Source: Rebecca billardiae RCC1528 (Eukaryota; Protista; Haptophyta). From it: DNA of 64,000 nt. The stretch's first letter is position 1. Every line of letters begins with the position of its first letter. Location of the stretch: the NCBI GenBank assembly GCA_965240325.2, contig OZ251223.1, positions 434,001 to 498,000 of the forward strand, in the 5' to 3' direction. Position numbers and translations under genes: made by a program. Below the pieces are notes generated by a model, which searched no databases, was not told where the DNA came from, and worked only from the letters and a program-made list of their open reading frames with translations. Shown piece after piece: positions 1 through 11,340 of the stretch.

Positions 1-1049
1 GGCCGCTCGAGCGACTTCGTGTCTGGCGAGGCAGATCGCGCCAGTGCGTGGCGAGGCAGACGCTCGCCTGCCTCGCCGCTTGGCGAGGCAGCTAAGCTAG
101 TAAAGCCGCGGCCGAACTTTACGAAAGCCAAATGTCTGCCGGTGCGCCGCCCGTCTTTTGCGCACGGTGACAAGGGCGCGCGAGGGCGCGTCCTCACGAT
201 CCCGAAGAGCGCTGCGCGCGGCGTCGCGTTGGCGGCGGCAGCGGCGCTGGGGTGTATCTTGCCCATTCTGCGTGGCGGCGCGCTCTCATGACGCCTCGGC
301 CGCCGCCACGCCATGCGCGACCGGGCGTGTCGCCTTCTTGACGGGCAGTGCACACGCCCTTGCAAGCGCACAGCCGTGAAGAGCCGAGAGCGTCCGTCGC
401 GAGCACGCCGCCCACGCGGGATGCGTTGCCAGGGCTATTCGTATGACACTGGGTGCTCGCGCTCTGGCATGTGCGAGCCAGGATGACCATGGGTAGCAGC
501 TACGATGAGCACTGCTAACCTGCATTCAGCCGATGACATCCTCTCGTTCAGCGATCTTGACTGCTCTGAACGCATGGCGAACTCGGCGAAGCGCATGCGC
601 AAGGTGGCTTCGGTGACAACATAACGCATCCCGCGTGGGCGGCGTGCTCGCGACGGACGCTCTCGGCTCTTCACGGCTGTGCGCTTGCAAGGGCGTGTGC
701 ACTGCCCGTCAAGAAGGCCACACGCCCGGTCGCGCATGGCGTGGCGGCGGCCGAGGCGTCATGAGAGCGCGCCGCCACGCAGAATGGGCAAGATACACCC
801 CAGCGCCGCTGCCGCCGCCAACGCGACGCCGCGCGCAGCGCTCTTCGGGATCGTGAGGACGCGCCCTCGCGCGCCCTTGTCACCGTGCGCAAAAGACGGG
901 CGGCGCACCGGCAGACATTTGGCTTTCGTAAAGTTCGGCCGCGGCTTTACTAGCTTAGCTGCCTCGCCAAGCGGCGAGGCGGGCGAGCGTCTGCCTCGCC
1001 ACGCACTGGCGCGATCTGCCTCGCCAGACACGAAGTCGCTCGAGCGGCC
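1..1049. repeat. Large inverted repeat (arms 1-427 and 623-1049, 195-bp spacer); foldback-like element, left arm may continue beyond the window
   Basis: Base i pairs with base 1050-i, and I found only two mismatches. Mirrored identical ORFs appear in the track (19..291+ / 759..1031-). A GGCGAGGCAG motif is repeated near the outer ends. Confidence 0.92.
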
Positions 1050-1155
1050 TCCGACAGTTGTCGTCGTCGACCTCGTCAGGCCTCAAAGCACCAGGGAGAT
1101 GCATGGGTACCAAATCAAAGGCGAGTGAGCATGTTGGCGTCGGCAAGGCCGTCCC

Positions 1156-3060
1156 CTACTTGGACTCACGCGAACGAGTGGCGGTGCCCAATTCCGACGG
1201 ATCCCACGGCTGCCAGAACCCGGTGGTGCGCATCGTGCGGCAAGCCAGCGACGCCGCATCCCCGTGACCGTCGGTGCCCGCCGCCGCCGACGGCGGCTCG
1301 CCCGCATCTGGATCCGGGGAGTCCATCATGCGCCCCAGCTCGTCCAGACGCGCTCGCAGGGCTCGCGCGCGCGCGCCGCTGCCATCTCCGAACAGGTCGG
1401 TCGTCTCACGAGGGTCGGCGGCGAGGTCGAAGAGGCATGGCGCGCGCGCGCACGACGGCTCGCGCGGCGCGGGCACCACCGGCGTGCTCCCCGGGTAGCG
1501 TGCCGACCAGCCGTCGGCCTGGCGCGGCTGCGCGCCGAGGATCAGCTTCAGACTGCCGTTCACGAGCAGCGCGCCGCCGACGAGTGGCCTCGGCCGCTGA
1601 GCTGACGATGCTGGTGCCGACGACGCCGACGACAACAATGGCGATGATGCCCGCCAGGCGGAGGCTGGCAGTAGCGAGGGGTGGTGGTGGCCATACTGCC
1701 CATACTCCAGACCCAGCACAACCTCCCCCGCGCGAGGCCCGCCAGCGTGCGCCCACGCGGACGCGGGGCGCTGGCCGTGCGGCGCGCGGCAGCCCGCCAG
1801 CAGCATCGGCCACGCGTCCACGCCGTCCACCCGCGCGGCGCCGTACCCATCGTCCGCGCTCGCGCCGCCGAGTCCCAGCAGCGTCGGGTACCAGTCGGCA
1901 ATGTGGAGCGGCGCGGCGCAGCGAGTGCCGCGCGCGGCGCGCGGCAGCAGCGGCGAGGCGACGAGCGCCGTGCCACGCACACCGCCGTCAAAGTACGAGT
2001 ACTTGTGCCCGCGCAGCGGGAAGTTCGACGAGCCGGGCACCGGCGCGCCGTGCTCGAACGTGCCGCCGTTGTCGGTGGTGAGCACGAGCACAGTGTTGGC
2101 CCACATGCCCGCGGCCCGGAGCTCGGCGCTCACGTTCCGCAGCGCCTCGTCGGCGGCCGTGTGCATCGCGTTGTACACGCGCCGCGCCGCGGCCGGGCCC
2201 GGGTACGCGCCGCGCGCGTAGTGCGCCGTGAACTGCGCGGGCGCCTCGAGCGACAAGTGCACCGCCTGCAGCGCGAGGTACAGGAAGAGAGGCGGAGGCG
2301 GCGGCGGCGCGGCGCAGGGCGCGGCCGGCGGGGGCGACGGCGACGGCGGAGGCGGCCGGTGAGCCGCCTTGGGCGGCGGCGCGGCGGCGTGGCGCCTGAT
2401 CACGCGGCACGCCTCGGCCGTGAGCGCAAGCGTCGAGTACGTGCCGTTCTCGCCGAACGCCGGCCGGTCATCTCGGAACAAATCGACGTCACCCTGGGTG
2501 GGGCACTCGACTCCGCACGGCGAGCGGTGCGCCGGGCACGCGCGCGCGCGCTCGGCGAAGCTCACGTCGAGCGCGTTGCCGCAGCCGGCGCACTGCGTGA
2601 AGTGGTCCTCCGCGCCTCCGAGGAAGCCGAAGAACGAGTCGAAGCCGCGCGCGCGCGGCGTGAACGAGGCGTGGTGAAAGCCCTGGTGCCACTTGCCAAC
2701 CGCCGCCGTCGCGTAGCCGGCGCGCCGGAGCATCGCGGGCAGCATGCGCATCGCGCGGTTCACGCCCGAGCGCCAGTTGATGGCCGGGTTTGCTGTGCTC
2801 ACGCCGTGCCCTGGCGCGCGCCCCGTGAGCAGCGCCGCGCGGCTCGGCGCGCAGAACTTGAAGACACGGTAGTTGTCGAGCACGACCCCGTCGCGCGCGA
2901 GCGCGTCCGTGAACGGCGCGACAACCTCGCCGTTCGCCCGCGCGGCGAAGCGGAGGCCATTCCAACCGAGGTCATCGACCACGGCGAGGACAATGTGAGG
3001 CGGTCGCGACAGCGGCTTGGCACAGGTGAGCAGCGCCGCACACAGCAGGACGGACGGCAT
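1156..3060 (-). CDS. Arylsulfatase (formylglycine-dependent, ARSB/I/J-like), probably secreted
   Basis: Motifs VVDDLGWN, CAPSRAALLTGR (CxPxR), GKWHQG, TTDNGG, SNFPLRGHKYSYFDGGVRG, HIADWYPT and CLFDLAADPRE. Hydrophobic signal-like N-terminus from ATG 3060. Confidence 0.93.
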   Translation of the reverse strand: MPSVLLCAALLTCAKPLSRPPHIVLAVVDDLGWNGLRFAARANGEVVAPFTDALARDGVVLDNYRVFKFCAPSRAALLTGRAPGHGVSTANPAINWRSGVNRAMRMLPAMLRRAGYATAAVGKWHQGFHHASFTPRARGFDSFFGFLGGAEDHFTQCAGCGNALDVSFAERARACPAHRSPCGVECPTQGDVDLFRDDRPAFGENGTYSTLALTAEACRVIRRHAAAPPPKAAHRPPPPSPSPPPAAPCAAPPPPPPLFLYLALQAVHLSLEAPAQFTAHYARGAYPGPAAARRVYNAMHTAADEALRNVSAELRAAGMWANTVLVLTTDNGGTFEHGAPVPGSSNFPLRGHKYSYFDGGVRGTALVASPLLPRAARGTRCAAPLHIADWYPTLLGLGGASADDGYGAARVDGVDAWPMLLAGCRAPHGQRPASAWAHAGGPRAGEVVLGLEYGQYGHHHPSLLPASAWRASSPLLSSASSAPASSAQRPRPLVGGALLVNGSLKLILGAQPRQADGWSARYPGSTPVVPAPREPSCARAPCLFDLAADPRETTDLFGDGSGARARALRARLDELGRMMDSPDPDAGEPPSAAAGTDGHGDAASLACRTMRTTGFWQPWDPSELGTATRSRESK

Positions 3061-3243
3061 CGCCGATGCTCGACCCCGGCCGTGCCCGTTGCTTGATTTT
3101 ACGCGACGGCTCCAGATTTTCTCAGCAGCACTTTTTTCTGACCGACGACGTTTCATTTCGGCTCATCGGTTCACGATACGTCAAGGCCGCCATTGCATCG
3201 AGCGACCCCCTCCTGGGGCTCGCGCGGCGCGGCGCTGGGCACC

Positions 3244-5383
3244 ATGGCGGATCCACTGCTGCAGGCGCAGCAGGAGAGCATGCTCGCGGCGCTTGAGGTG
3301 GTAGACGCCATCGTGGACTCGACGATGCGCGAGGTCGAGTCGCACGAGCTCGACGAGCGCGCGCTGCGCTTTGCGACCGAGCACAGCGGCGAGGGCATGC
3401 TCAGCATCATCGAGTGGTACTGGCTGGACTGCGACGAGGGCGAGCCCGACCTCGAGGAGAACCCGACGTGGGCGCCCGACGACGAGCCCCCGCCGGTCCC
3501 CTCCGACGCGTGGTCGCGCAGCGCGCTGCAGCCACGCCCGCGTCCCGTGCAGCTGCCGTCTGCGTCGCTCAACCTGCCTCCGGCGCTGAAGCGCGGCGGG
3601 CTCGGCGGGCTCGGCGCGACGCGGCAGACGACGCGCTCGCCGCAGCGCAGCGTCGCCTCCGACCGCATGTCGCAGGTCTCCGACGGCGCCAACCTCGGCC
3701 GCATCCACGACCTCGACTCATACCCGCCGCCCGAGCAGCCGCCGCGGAGGCGACGGCAGAAGCAGGAGGTGCCGGTGGACAAGTGGACGCGCGCCGAGCA
3801 GCAGCGGGCGAAGCGGGTGGCGGTGCGCGCGCAACGCGTCGAGCGCGACGACGCGCGCGCGGACGCGCCGCGAGGCGCCAAGCGGAGCGCGAGCGACGCG
3901 CGCGCGCAGCCGCGCCGTCCCGCGCGCCCCTGCGCTCACCGCACGCTCGCGTGCCTGGCACTGCCGGCGCGGCGCCGCGCGGGCACATCGCGCGCGCGGA
4001 CCCTCGCCCGCGCCTCCGCGGCCGCATCGCGCGCTCGCGCGCAGGCGGAGCAAGCGGAGCTCGAGAACGTCCAGCAGCTCCGCAAGCAGGCGCGCGGGCG
4101 CAACTACACTTACGACGCGCAGGGGCGCGTGATCGTGGTGAATGGGGTCGACACCGACCAGCTGCCATCGTATCGGCTGACGCCGCACGTGGGCGTCTCC
4201 GAGGTGGAGGATGCGGAGCCGCCGCGCGCGCGGAGTCCGAGGAGTGCGTCGCCGCCGCGCAGCTCGGGGAGCGGCGGCGGCGGGAAGGGCGGCGGCGGCG
4301 GCGGGAAGGGCGGCGGCAGCGCGCGGCAGCGCGCGAGGCAGGGCCGCTCAAAGGGCCCACGCTCGCCCGCCGAGCCGGAGGGCTGGCGCAAGGGCGAGTC
4401 TGAGCAGCCGCCGCTCGCCGAGACGGCGAAGCTGCAGCCAGGCGTGACGCTCCGCGAAGGCAGCGGTGTCGTGCAGCTGCCGCGCTCGCCTGATCAGAAG
4501 CACCTTTCGCACAAAGAGTTTGAGGCACTCGCGGACGCGCCGCAGCGGCCGCGGCGCAAGCTGAGTCAGACTGAGCCCGGCGCGCGCGGCGGCGGCGCGT
4601 CGCGGCGCGCCTCGGGCGCTGGCGGCGGCGCCAAGCCGCGCGCGCAGCCGGCACGCGCCGCGCCGCCGGCGCAGCAGCAGCAGCAGCAGGAGCCGGAGCA
4701 GCCTGCGGCGTACATGCCGCCCACGCAGCCGCTTGAAGGGCCCAAGGTCCACCTGACGCTGGGCCAGCGCTCTCGCCTGCCTCGCGAGCGCCCGCCGCAG
4801 GGCAACAAGCCGCTCGACGAGATGATGAACGTGCGGCGCGCGCGCGCACCACCTCGCGCGTCCCGCTACCCCGTAGCGCGCCGTCGTGCGCGAGCGGCGC
4901 GGCACCGCGCGCCGAGTGCGCGCCAGCACGCGTTCACTCGCGTGCGCGCGCGTGCCGGGCGCGCCGGGTCGCGCGTGCCGAGCGCAGGACGCCTCGCTGC
5001 TTGGGAACGACCCATTCGGCCGCACGCCGCCGCTGGGCGAAGCGCTGCCGTCGCTCCTGCTCACGCCCACGCAGGGCTCGGTGCTTGCCAACAACAGCGT
5101 GGTGCGCACGCGCCGCCTGCGCGCACGCCGGCATGCGCGCGCGCGCGGCTGTGTGTCACACGACGGGCTTGCGAACAGTGACGCCTCGGCGTCACGGCTC
5201 ACCGCGCGCACCGCCCGTGACGCGCACCTGCTCGCGGCGTGGCCCCAACAGGTATCCAGCAGGAGCAGCAAACGCTCGTTCGTCACAACCCGCAATCCAG
5301 GCGTGATCAAGACGGAGAACGCCAAGCTGGCAAGCGAGATCGTGCCACAGCCCAGCCCGAGCTCGCCAGCAGCTGCGTTCTGA
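3244..5383 (+). CDS. C2orf81/DUF4639-like uncharacterised protein, 4 exons (introns 3823-4044, 4831-4987, 5102-5251)
   Basis: N-terminal LSIIEWYWLDCDEGEPDLEENPTWAPDDEPPPVPSDAWSR resembles the C2orf81 signature as I recall it. GT-AG introns restore a coherent frame ending at TGA 5383. Confidence 0.65.
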
Positions 5384-5977
5384 GTAGTCTCCGACTGAAT
5401 ATACTACCGTTGTCTGTTTTCCGCGAGACTATATACCGTCGTCGAATCATATAGTAGCAGATCATTGTCAGCCTGGCAATGACAGCCGTGCGCAGCGCTG
5501 TACTCAGAGTATTCTCTAGCTGATTGAGAGAGAGTACCGTCGGACGTCCGTCTGCCATGAGTGATGTAGCCTACCGCCGTGTACGGTGCATAACGCCGGC
5601 ATCATTGATCTGTATATTTGATCGTCAATTTATAATACAATAAAGCAGTCGTAGCAATAAGAGCCTGCCACGCCGCTGTCGTCATCTGGCAGGCTGCCAT
5701 CGGCCTCGGGCCCATCGGCCATCGCCCGGCGGCCATCGGCATCGGGGCTGTCGCCGGGCCCGGGGCATCGGGCCACGACAGTGACTCGGACACTCGGTCC
5801 GTCGATCGGTCACAGTCACAGACCGTCGATCGGCGGAGTCAGGAGAGTCGCCACTCGGACTCGGTCTCGGACTCCGGGACGAGTTCGTCACGGAGTCGCC
5901 CGAGTCGGTCACGTCGGACCCCGAAGCCTAGCCAGGCGCGACGGGTCCGACGGCGCGGCGACGGTGACTACGAAGTA

Positions 5978-6846
5978 CAGGGTCCCCAATAATTGTTCGG
6001 ACACTGATTTTTGCTGACTACGGCTGCTGACGATGAGATTAGCCAGAGGCTCTCATTAGCGCCATGGACCTTATACTCCTCGGATGATGACAGGAAGTGG
6101 TTGCAGCGAGCGGCGCGCTCTGCGTGTGGCCAGGGCTGGCTTGGATGTACAGCTCAACCAACTAGCGGTTGGCTCTGAACAGGTCCACGGAGCCCCCGTG
6201 AGTCGTATGCATGCTGAAATTCGTATCTGGCGCACGGTTGCATTTGACGGCGGGCGGGTTGGTGTGCGCACTGGTGGGCCTCCAGCGTTCGCTGCGGGTA
6301 GTGGCGCCGAGTGTAGCCCTTGCCTGCACGGCCAGAGCCGATCGACTGGCTGTGCAGCAGCTGTGCGAGAGAGGTGTGCAACTGGTAGGCTGGACCGATC
6401 GGGCCATACAGTATGCTCCTGGTGTAGCGCTACTTAAAGCGCTACTCGCCCGGGCTCGCCCAGGGCTGTCGAGCGCATGTCGCATAGTCAGTCACCGACC
6501 ATGCCACGTTATAATATCTGGGCGGCCTTGAGAGTTGAGCGGGCTTGCTGGCTACAGACTACATGCGCAGAAGCCACATGGCTGAGCACTTCACGGCCCT
6601 CACGACCAGCCTTGCTGGGCTTGTGCCGACTGTCCTCGCATGACATCGGGCATGACATTGCCCGCCCAGAGGGGTGCTTATAACTTGGGCTGCCCGGCGC
6701 TAGATGCGCGGTCGCCAGACAGACCTATATAGTAGGGTGCGCGTACACGAGCCGAGCTGGCCGCTCCTGACCCCGCGCGAGGCAGCCACAGGCCGTACGC
6801 TGAGCTGCTGCCCAAAGTGTCCAGTTTAATAATGTTGGAGACCCTG
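5978..6846. mobile_element. Degenerate MITE-like element with imperfect TIRs
   Basis: Left end ta|CAGGGTCCCCAATAATTGTTCGGACAC; right end reverse complement CAGGGTCTCCAACATTATTAAACTGGACAC. The right flank lacks TA. The interior is lower in GC and has no convincing ORF. Confidence 0.45.
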
Positions 6847-7024
6847 CTGATGTATTATATATGCAGTGCGTCGCCGTCGGCGCGGCGAAACGCGTGACGA
6901 TATATGATGACGATATATATCACGCGGCGCCGGACGATGCCGATCGGCGATCCCGGACCACGGTACTAAGCCGCAGTGCGCTGCTGGCGGCAGACCTGCG
7001 GGCGATGACTCGCATGAGTCCGCG

Positions 7025-8509
7025 CTACGCCCCATGCCCGTGGCCCATGGCCATGGCGATGCTGGAGCTGCTGGCACTGTAGGCTTCGCAGCTAGCTCCG
7101 GCGGGGTGAGAGGCGCACAGCCGCGGCATCGGCGGCGGCGCCGATGGGTCCTCGACCAGCGAGCGCGCGAGGAGCGGGAAGAGCGTGTCCTCCTTGGCGT
7201 GCGTGTTGTACATGCCCGCTTGTCCAACGGCCGTGCAGAGCGCGACGTCGGCCCCGTCGCCCAGCGCGGCGCACGTGCGCTCCAGCGCCTGCGGCCAGTA
7301 CTTGGACGCTCTGAACGCCATGCCGTCGATGCACGCGAGGCGCAGGCCGCCGGCGAGCGGTGCGAGGGCGCAGAGCTGCGGGTAGCCCTCCCGCCCCGTG
7401 GACGCCGTCGTGTACGTGGACGCGCTGCCGAGGCCATACCAGCAGCTCGCAGCCGCCTCGGCCCGCGCCGGAGCGGCCCGCTCGCCGCCCGCCGCCGCCG
7501 GCACTCGCTCTGAGCAGAGCCGTGCCAGCTGCTCGGCCACGCGTGCACCCCCGCCCGTGCGGCGCGTGCGGGGGCCCTGCTTGCACGCGCGCCACGCGTC
7601 GTCGAGGGCGACGCAGCTGCGCGGGCTGGCGCAGTCCTTGCAGTCGACGTACGCCCTGCGCAGCCCGTAGTAGAAGCACGACGCGCGGCTCGCATCCGGC
7701 AGCTCCGGCCCGTGGCAGAAGCGCACCACGGAAGCAGGGCTGTGGCCGAGCGCGCGCTTGCTCCTCAGCTGGGTCTCCATCACGGCGCCCCCGGAGCAGA
7801 AGTGCGCGAACGCGCGCGGCGTGTGCGAGAGCGGCGCGAGCCACTGCGTGCAGTACGCCAGCGCCGAGGGCAGGTCAGCGAAGACCCCGGACTGCACGAG
7901 CCCGTGGCCTGTCACGTGCGCGGCATCGCCCGGGAGCGCGAGGGCGACGGCCGCCACCTCGGGCATCTGCACAAAATGGACGATGGCGCGGGCGGCGGCG
8001 GCGAGGCGCGCGCGGAGGCTCCCGGCGGGGTCGTTCACGGCGTGCTTGAGCACCGCCTGCACGTGCGCGCCGCCCACGCCGTGGAAGCAGCCCTGCTGGC
8101 AACGCGCGCCGCACATCTGAACTGCGCGCAAGACATCGCCGCTGGCATTCGCGTAGACGCGCCGGCCGGGCACGTGGCCCTGGCCGTGGCAGCCCGGAAA
8201 CGTCCACTGCCGGTACGCGAGCGCCGCGATCTCGTCGCCCGGGAACTGCTGCGCGAGCCACTTGCTCGACTTCCGCCTGCCGCCCGCCAGCCGCGCCTCG
8301 GTCGCTCGCAGGTCGCGCCACGACTGCGGGACGTGAGCCGGGTGGGCGTATCTGTCGCGTGCGGCGGTGACGTTGGCCATGTGCTCCACGAGCGCCTGCC
8401 TCGCGGCGACAAGAGCAGCCGTCGCCTCGGCGCGCACGCGCACGGCGCGGTGGTCCGCGGGTAGCAGGGAGGCCAGCAGCAGCAGCACAACGCTGCCGCC
8501 GGCCGCCAT
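7025..8509 (-). CDS. Secreted Cys/His-repeat protein of unknown function
   Basis: Signal-like MAAGGSVVLLLLASLL. Repeated CHGQGH, CQQGCFHG, HVTGHG, CSGGAVME, CWYGLG and CIDG motifs. Intronless with coding-like codon usage. Confidence 0.75.
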   Translation of the reverse strand: MAAGGSVVLLLLASLLPADHRAVRVRAEATAALVAARQALVEHMANVTAARDRYAHPAHVPQSWRDLRATEARLAGGRRKSSKWLAQQFPGDEIAALAYRQWTFPGCHGQGHVPGRRVYANASGDVLRAVQMCGARCQQGCFHGVGGAHVQAVLKHAVNDPAGSLRARLAAAARAIVHFVQMPEVAAVALALPGDAAHVTGHGLVQSGVFADLPSALAYCTQWLAPLSHTPRAFAHFCSGGAVMETQLRSKRALGHSPASVVRFCHGPELPDASRASCFYYGLRRAYVDCKDCASPRSCVALDDAWRACKQGPRTRRTGGGARVAEQLARLCSERVPAAAGGERAAPARAEAAASCWYGLGSASTYTTASTGREGYPQLCALAPLAGGLRLACIDGMAFRASKYWPQALERTCAALGDGADVALCTAVGQAGMYNTHAKEDTLFPLLARSLVEDPSAPPPMPRLCASHPAGASCEAYSASSSSIAMAMGHGHGA

Positions 8510-8604
8510 CGCAGCGCTGTCCGAGGCCGAGTAAGCTACCGGACCGCATTTCACATTTTCACCTGGCCGCCTGACGCTCGCTGCGCGCCACCGGGGAAGC
8601 GACG

Positions 8605-9666
8605 ATGTCGGCGACCCACTTCGCGGAGGGCACGCCCTGGCGACTCATCAGCGGCTTGGAGAGCGCGCTAGCGAGCGTGAGCACCATCAGCCTCATCGCT
8701 CTCTACGCCGTGTACGTCATGGTCCTTTTGCGCATCGCGTCGCTACTGCAGTCCATCCTGACGCTGCTGCAACGCACGCATGGGCCGTCGACGCCGCCAC
8801 CAAGAGCTGCCAAGCGCAGCGCGGCGCCGGCCGTGTCGGCAAAGCTGGCGGGGCGCACGCTTGCCGGCCTCTGCTGCTTCATGCTCGTCTGGATCACCCT
8901 CGGCCCCGTCGTCGCGCGCATGGGCGCGCGCATCACCAACGCCAGCGAGGACGAGCTCCGCAGGTCCTTGCGCGGCGGGCGTCAAAGCGCGGAGGCAGCC
9001 GTCGCCTCTCTGCGCGAGGAGATCATCCAGGTGCCGTGGGCGATCATCACCAAGCACCACGCGTGGCCAGCAGTCCTCGCCACGCACCATCTGGGCGCGC
9101 TGCTCTGGTCAGCCGCCGCCCTTGCGCAGTTCTTCCTCCGGCGAGCGACGCTCGCGCAGCGCGCGCGGCACCGCGTCGTTGGCAGGCTCTTCATGGCCGC
9201 GGCCGGACTGCTCACCGCTGGGTTTGTCCTGATCGCCACCAACGGCCTGCACGCGTACAACGACTTCCACGCCCTGTGGCCGGCGGACGTGCCTGCCAGG
9301 GCGTGGTACTTTGCAGCCATCGACGCCGTCGAGTGGGCGGCACAGGCATGGTTTGTGCTCACTGCCGGCCTCGCGTGGCGGGCGGCTCGCGCGCGCAAGT
9401 ACGATCGACACCGCGTGTGGATCGTGCGGCACATGGCGTCGGGCCTGTGGGTGGCGATGATGCGCGCGCTCATGATCCCCGTCGGGCATGCGCTGCTGCG
9501 CATACTCGGCCTGCGCTCGACCGGCTTCCGCAAAATGGTCGTCTTCTATGGCGCGGCCGTGGCGGGCATGGTTGTGTGCGGCGCGGGCGCTGAGCTCTAC
9601 CTTCGCGGCTCGGAGCCACCCGCCGCCGAGGAGGGTGAGGAAGGAGGCTCTTCCAAGGACGACTAG
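8605..9666 (+). CDS. DUF2306-like multi-pass membrane protein
   Basis: Motifs HHLGALLW..AQF, RHRVVGRLF and ARARKYDRHRVWIVR, plus several hydrophobic helices. Confidence 0.75.
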   Translation: MSATHFAEGTPWRLISGLESALASVSTISLIALYAVYVMVLLRIASLLQSILTLLQRTHGPSTPPPRAAKRSAAPAVSAKLAGRTLAGLCCFMLVWITLGPVVARMGARITNASEDELRRSLRGGRQSAEAAVASLREEIIQVPWAIITKHHAWPAVLATHHLGALLWSAAALAQFFLRRATLAQRARHRVVGRLFMAAAGLLTAGFVLIATNGLHAYNDFHALWPADVPARAWYFAAIDAVEWAAQAWFVLTAGLAWRAARARKYDRHRVWIVRHMASGLWVAMMRALMIPVGHALLRILGLRSTGFRKMVVFYGAAVAGMVVCGAGAELYLRGSEPPAAEEGEEGGSSKDD

Positions 9667-10106
9667 CGACGCACGTGCCGCGAAAAGTGCCATCGTCAGC
9701 GCTACTCGGCCTGAATGCGTCGCGCCCGCGAGCTGGCGGGCGGCTGATTCGGACTCCAGCGAAGAATCCGACGCAACCTCCGACCGAGTCCCGAGCTCGA
9801 GACGGCTGCGAGACGCCGCTAGACGGGCCTCACGGGCACGGGCACGGGCACGGGGCTCCGACGGAGGCTTCCGGGACTGCACACCGCTCAGTGCCAGTCG
9901 CCCCACTGGTCAGTCCGAGCTCCAGCTGCTCCGGCGGGCCCGTGTCTCGGAGACTGAGTCGGACAGCAACGCCGTAGAACTTTAGACTTAGAATGCTCGG
10001 TAGCTGATGCTACTATTGCCTATTCAGTCGTATATATTCTTCTGCTCGAATCGAATAAGTTCGAACTCGGTTCAACTAGCGCAGTCAAGATTCAACCGTA
10101 CATATA

Positions 10107-10168
10107 CAGTTTACTATGTTTTTAAACGTGCACACTTGGTTATAAGGCGTGATTGACGCCATCCAACA
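10107..10168 (+). mobile_element. DNA-transposon terminus, ta|CAGTTTACTA family (type L)
   Basis: Same start as 23056. Aligns with the 25543 terminus over CAGTTTACTA, GCACAC and AGGCG.GATTGACGCC..CCAAC. Confidence 0.5.
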
Positions 10169-10344
10169 CTGCACAAAGACACCGCCACAAAGTTAGCCAT
10201 GCAGCCATGCTTATATCGCCCGCGCGCGCATCGGGCGCACGGTCACGGTGGCGCCCGGGGGTTCGCGCCCGCGGGGGCGCCTGCGTACGACGACTACTTC
10301 GAGACGACGGCTGACGACGCGTGGCACCGTGACCACCGTGGTGG

Positions 10345-10534
10345 CGCGCGCGCGTCGACGCCAGACGGTGCGTCGAGCTTCCGCTCGGCGAGGGAGTGAT
10401 GGGCGGCTACGAGGGGGGGCGGGACGACGGCGAGGAGCCGGCTGATTCTGGTGTTTGTCTCTGCTGCTCGATCTGCTGCTACAGCTTGCTGACTCTGACG
10501 CCTGCCCGTGCATACCACGTCGTTAATATAACCG
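10345..10534 (+). repeat. Dispersed repeat, inverted copy of 12395-12570
   Basis: About 180 bp of high identity, differing by a few substitutions and 1-2-bp indels. Confidence 0.85.
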
Positions 10535-11340
10535 TGAGTAAAACTGGCATCGGCAGCCTACCCCCATATATATATATATTAATTATTAATATTCGAGCAG
10601 CGAGTCGTCTACTATTAAATACTCACGAGTCGCCATCTAATATTGTCTGTACGGTCGGCCCCGAGGCCCCAGCTGCGCCCGCCTGCGGGCCAGCCGTGCG
10701 GCGCTGCCGTGACGCCGACCGTGGGCATGAGGCGTGACCGTGATTCGTGAATCGTGATCCCGTGTCCGCCGTGACGGCCGTGAGAATCCCGCCATTGAAT
10801 CCGTGTCCGTGACGCCACTGACTACGCCAGTGACGGCGGGCGACGTGGTCGACAGTCGTGGTCGTGCCGCCGTGGCAGCGGCGGTGGCCGCCGGTGGCGG
10901 GATCTGACTCTGAGTCTCAGATGGCGGCGTCAGATCGATGGAATAATCAGAATTAAATGAATATAATTTGATGACGAAAGTATATATATATATATTATAT
11001 AGTATTATTGAACGTACCCGATCCGGGCGCATGTAATAATGACCACTTAGGAGCGGGCTCCGGCTTCGGTCCGCCCCCCCCCCCCCCAGGTCCGGTCACT
11101 GGAGCGTTATGCATCTTGACACTGCAATAGTCCGCGTATTATTGGTTCCGGGATTCTTATATTGATTAATTTGCTTCGGCTCGGGGCCCGCCGCAACGGA
11201 CGAGTAACCGGGAGCTGGGGGCCGGGTGGACCGGAGCTGGAGCCAGCGCGTGCGTCACTATAAGCAGACTACGGACGACGCCCAGGCTCTACGGCTCCAG
11301 GACCTCGAGGCCGGTAGTGACACGTAGACAGTGTCAGCCG

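Noticed and set aside
434-624. In-frame TGA in the foldback loop (CEPG*PW) as a possible selenocysteine
   Set aside because: No recognisable selenoprotein motif or SECIS, and no supported gene model.
1047-1056. CCTCCGACA match to the end of the 42-kb palindromic element
   Set aside because: Only 9 bp, compatible with chance.
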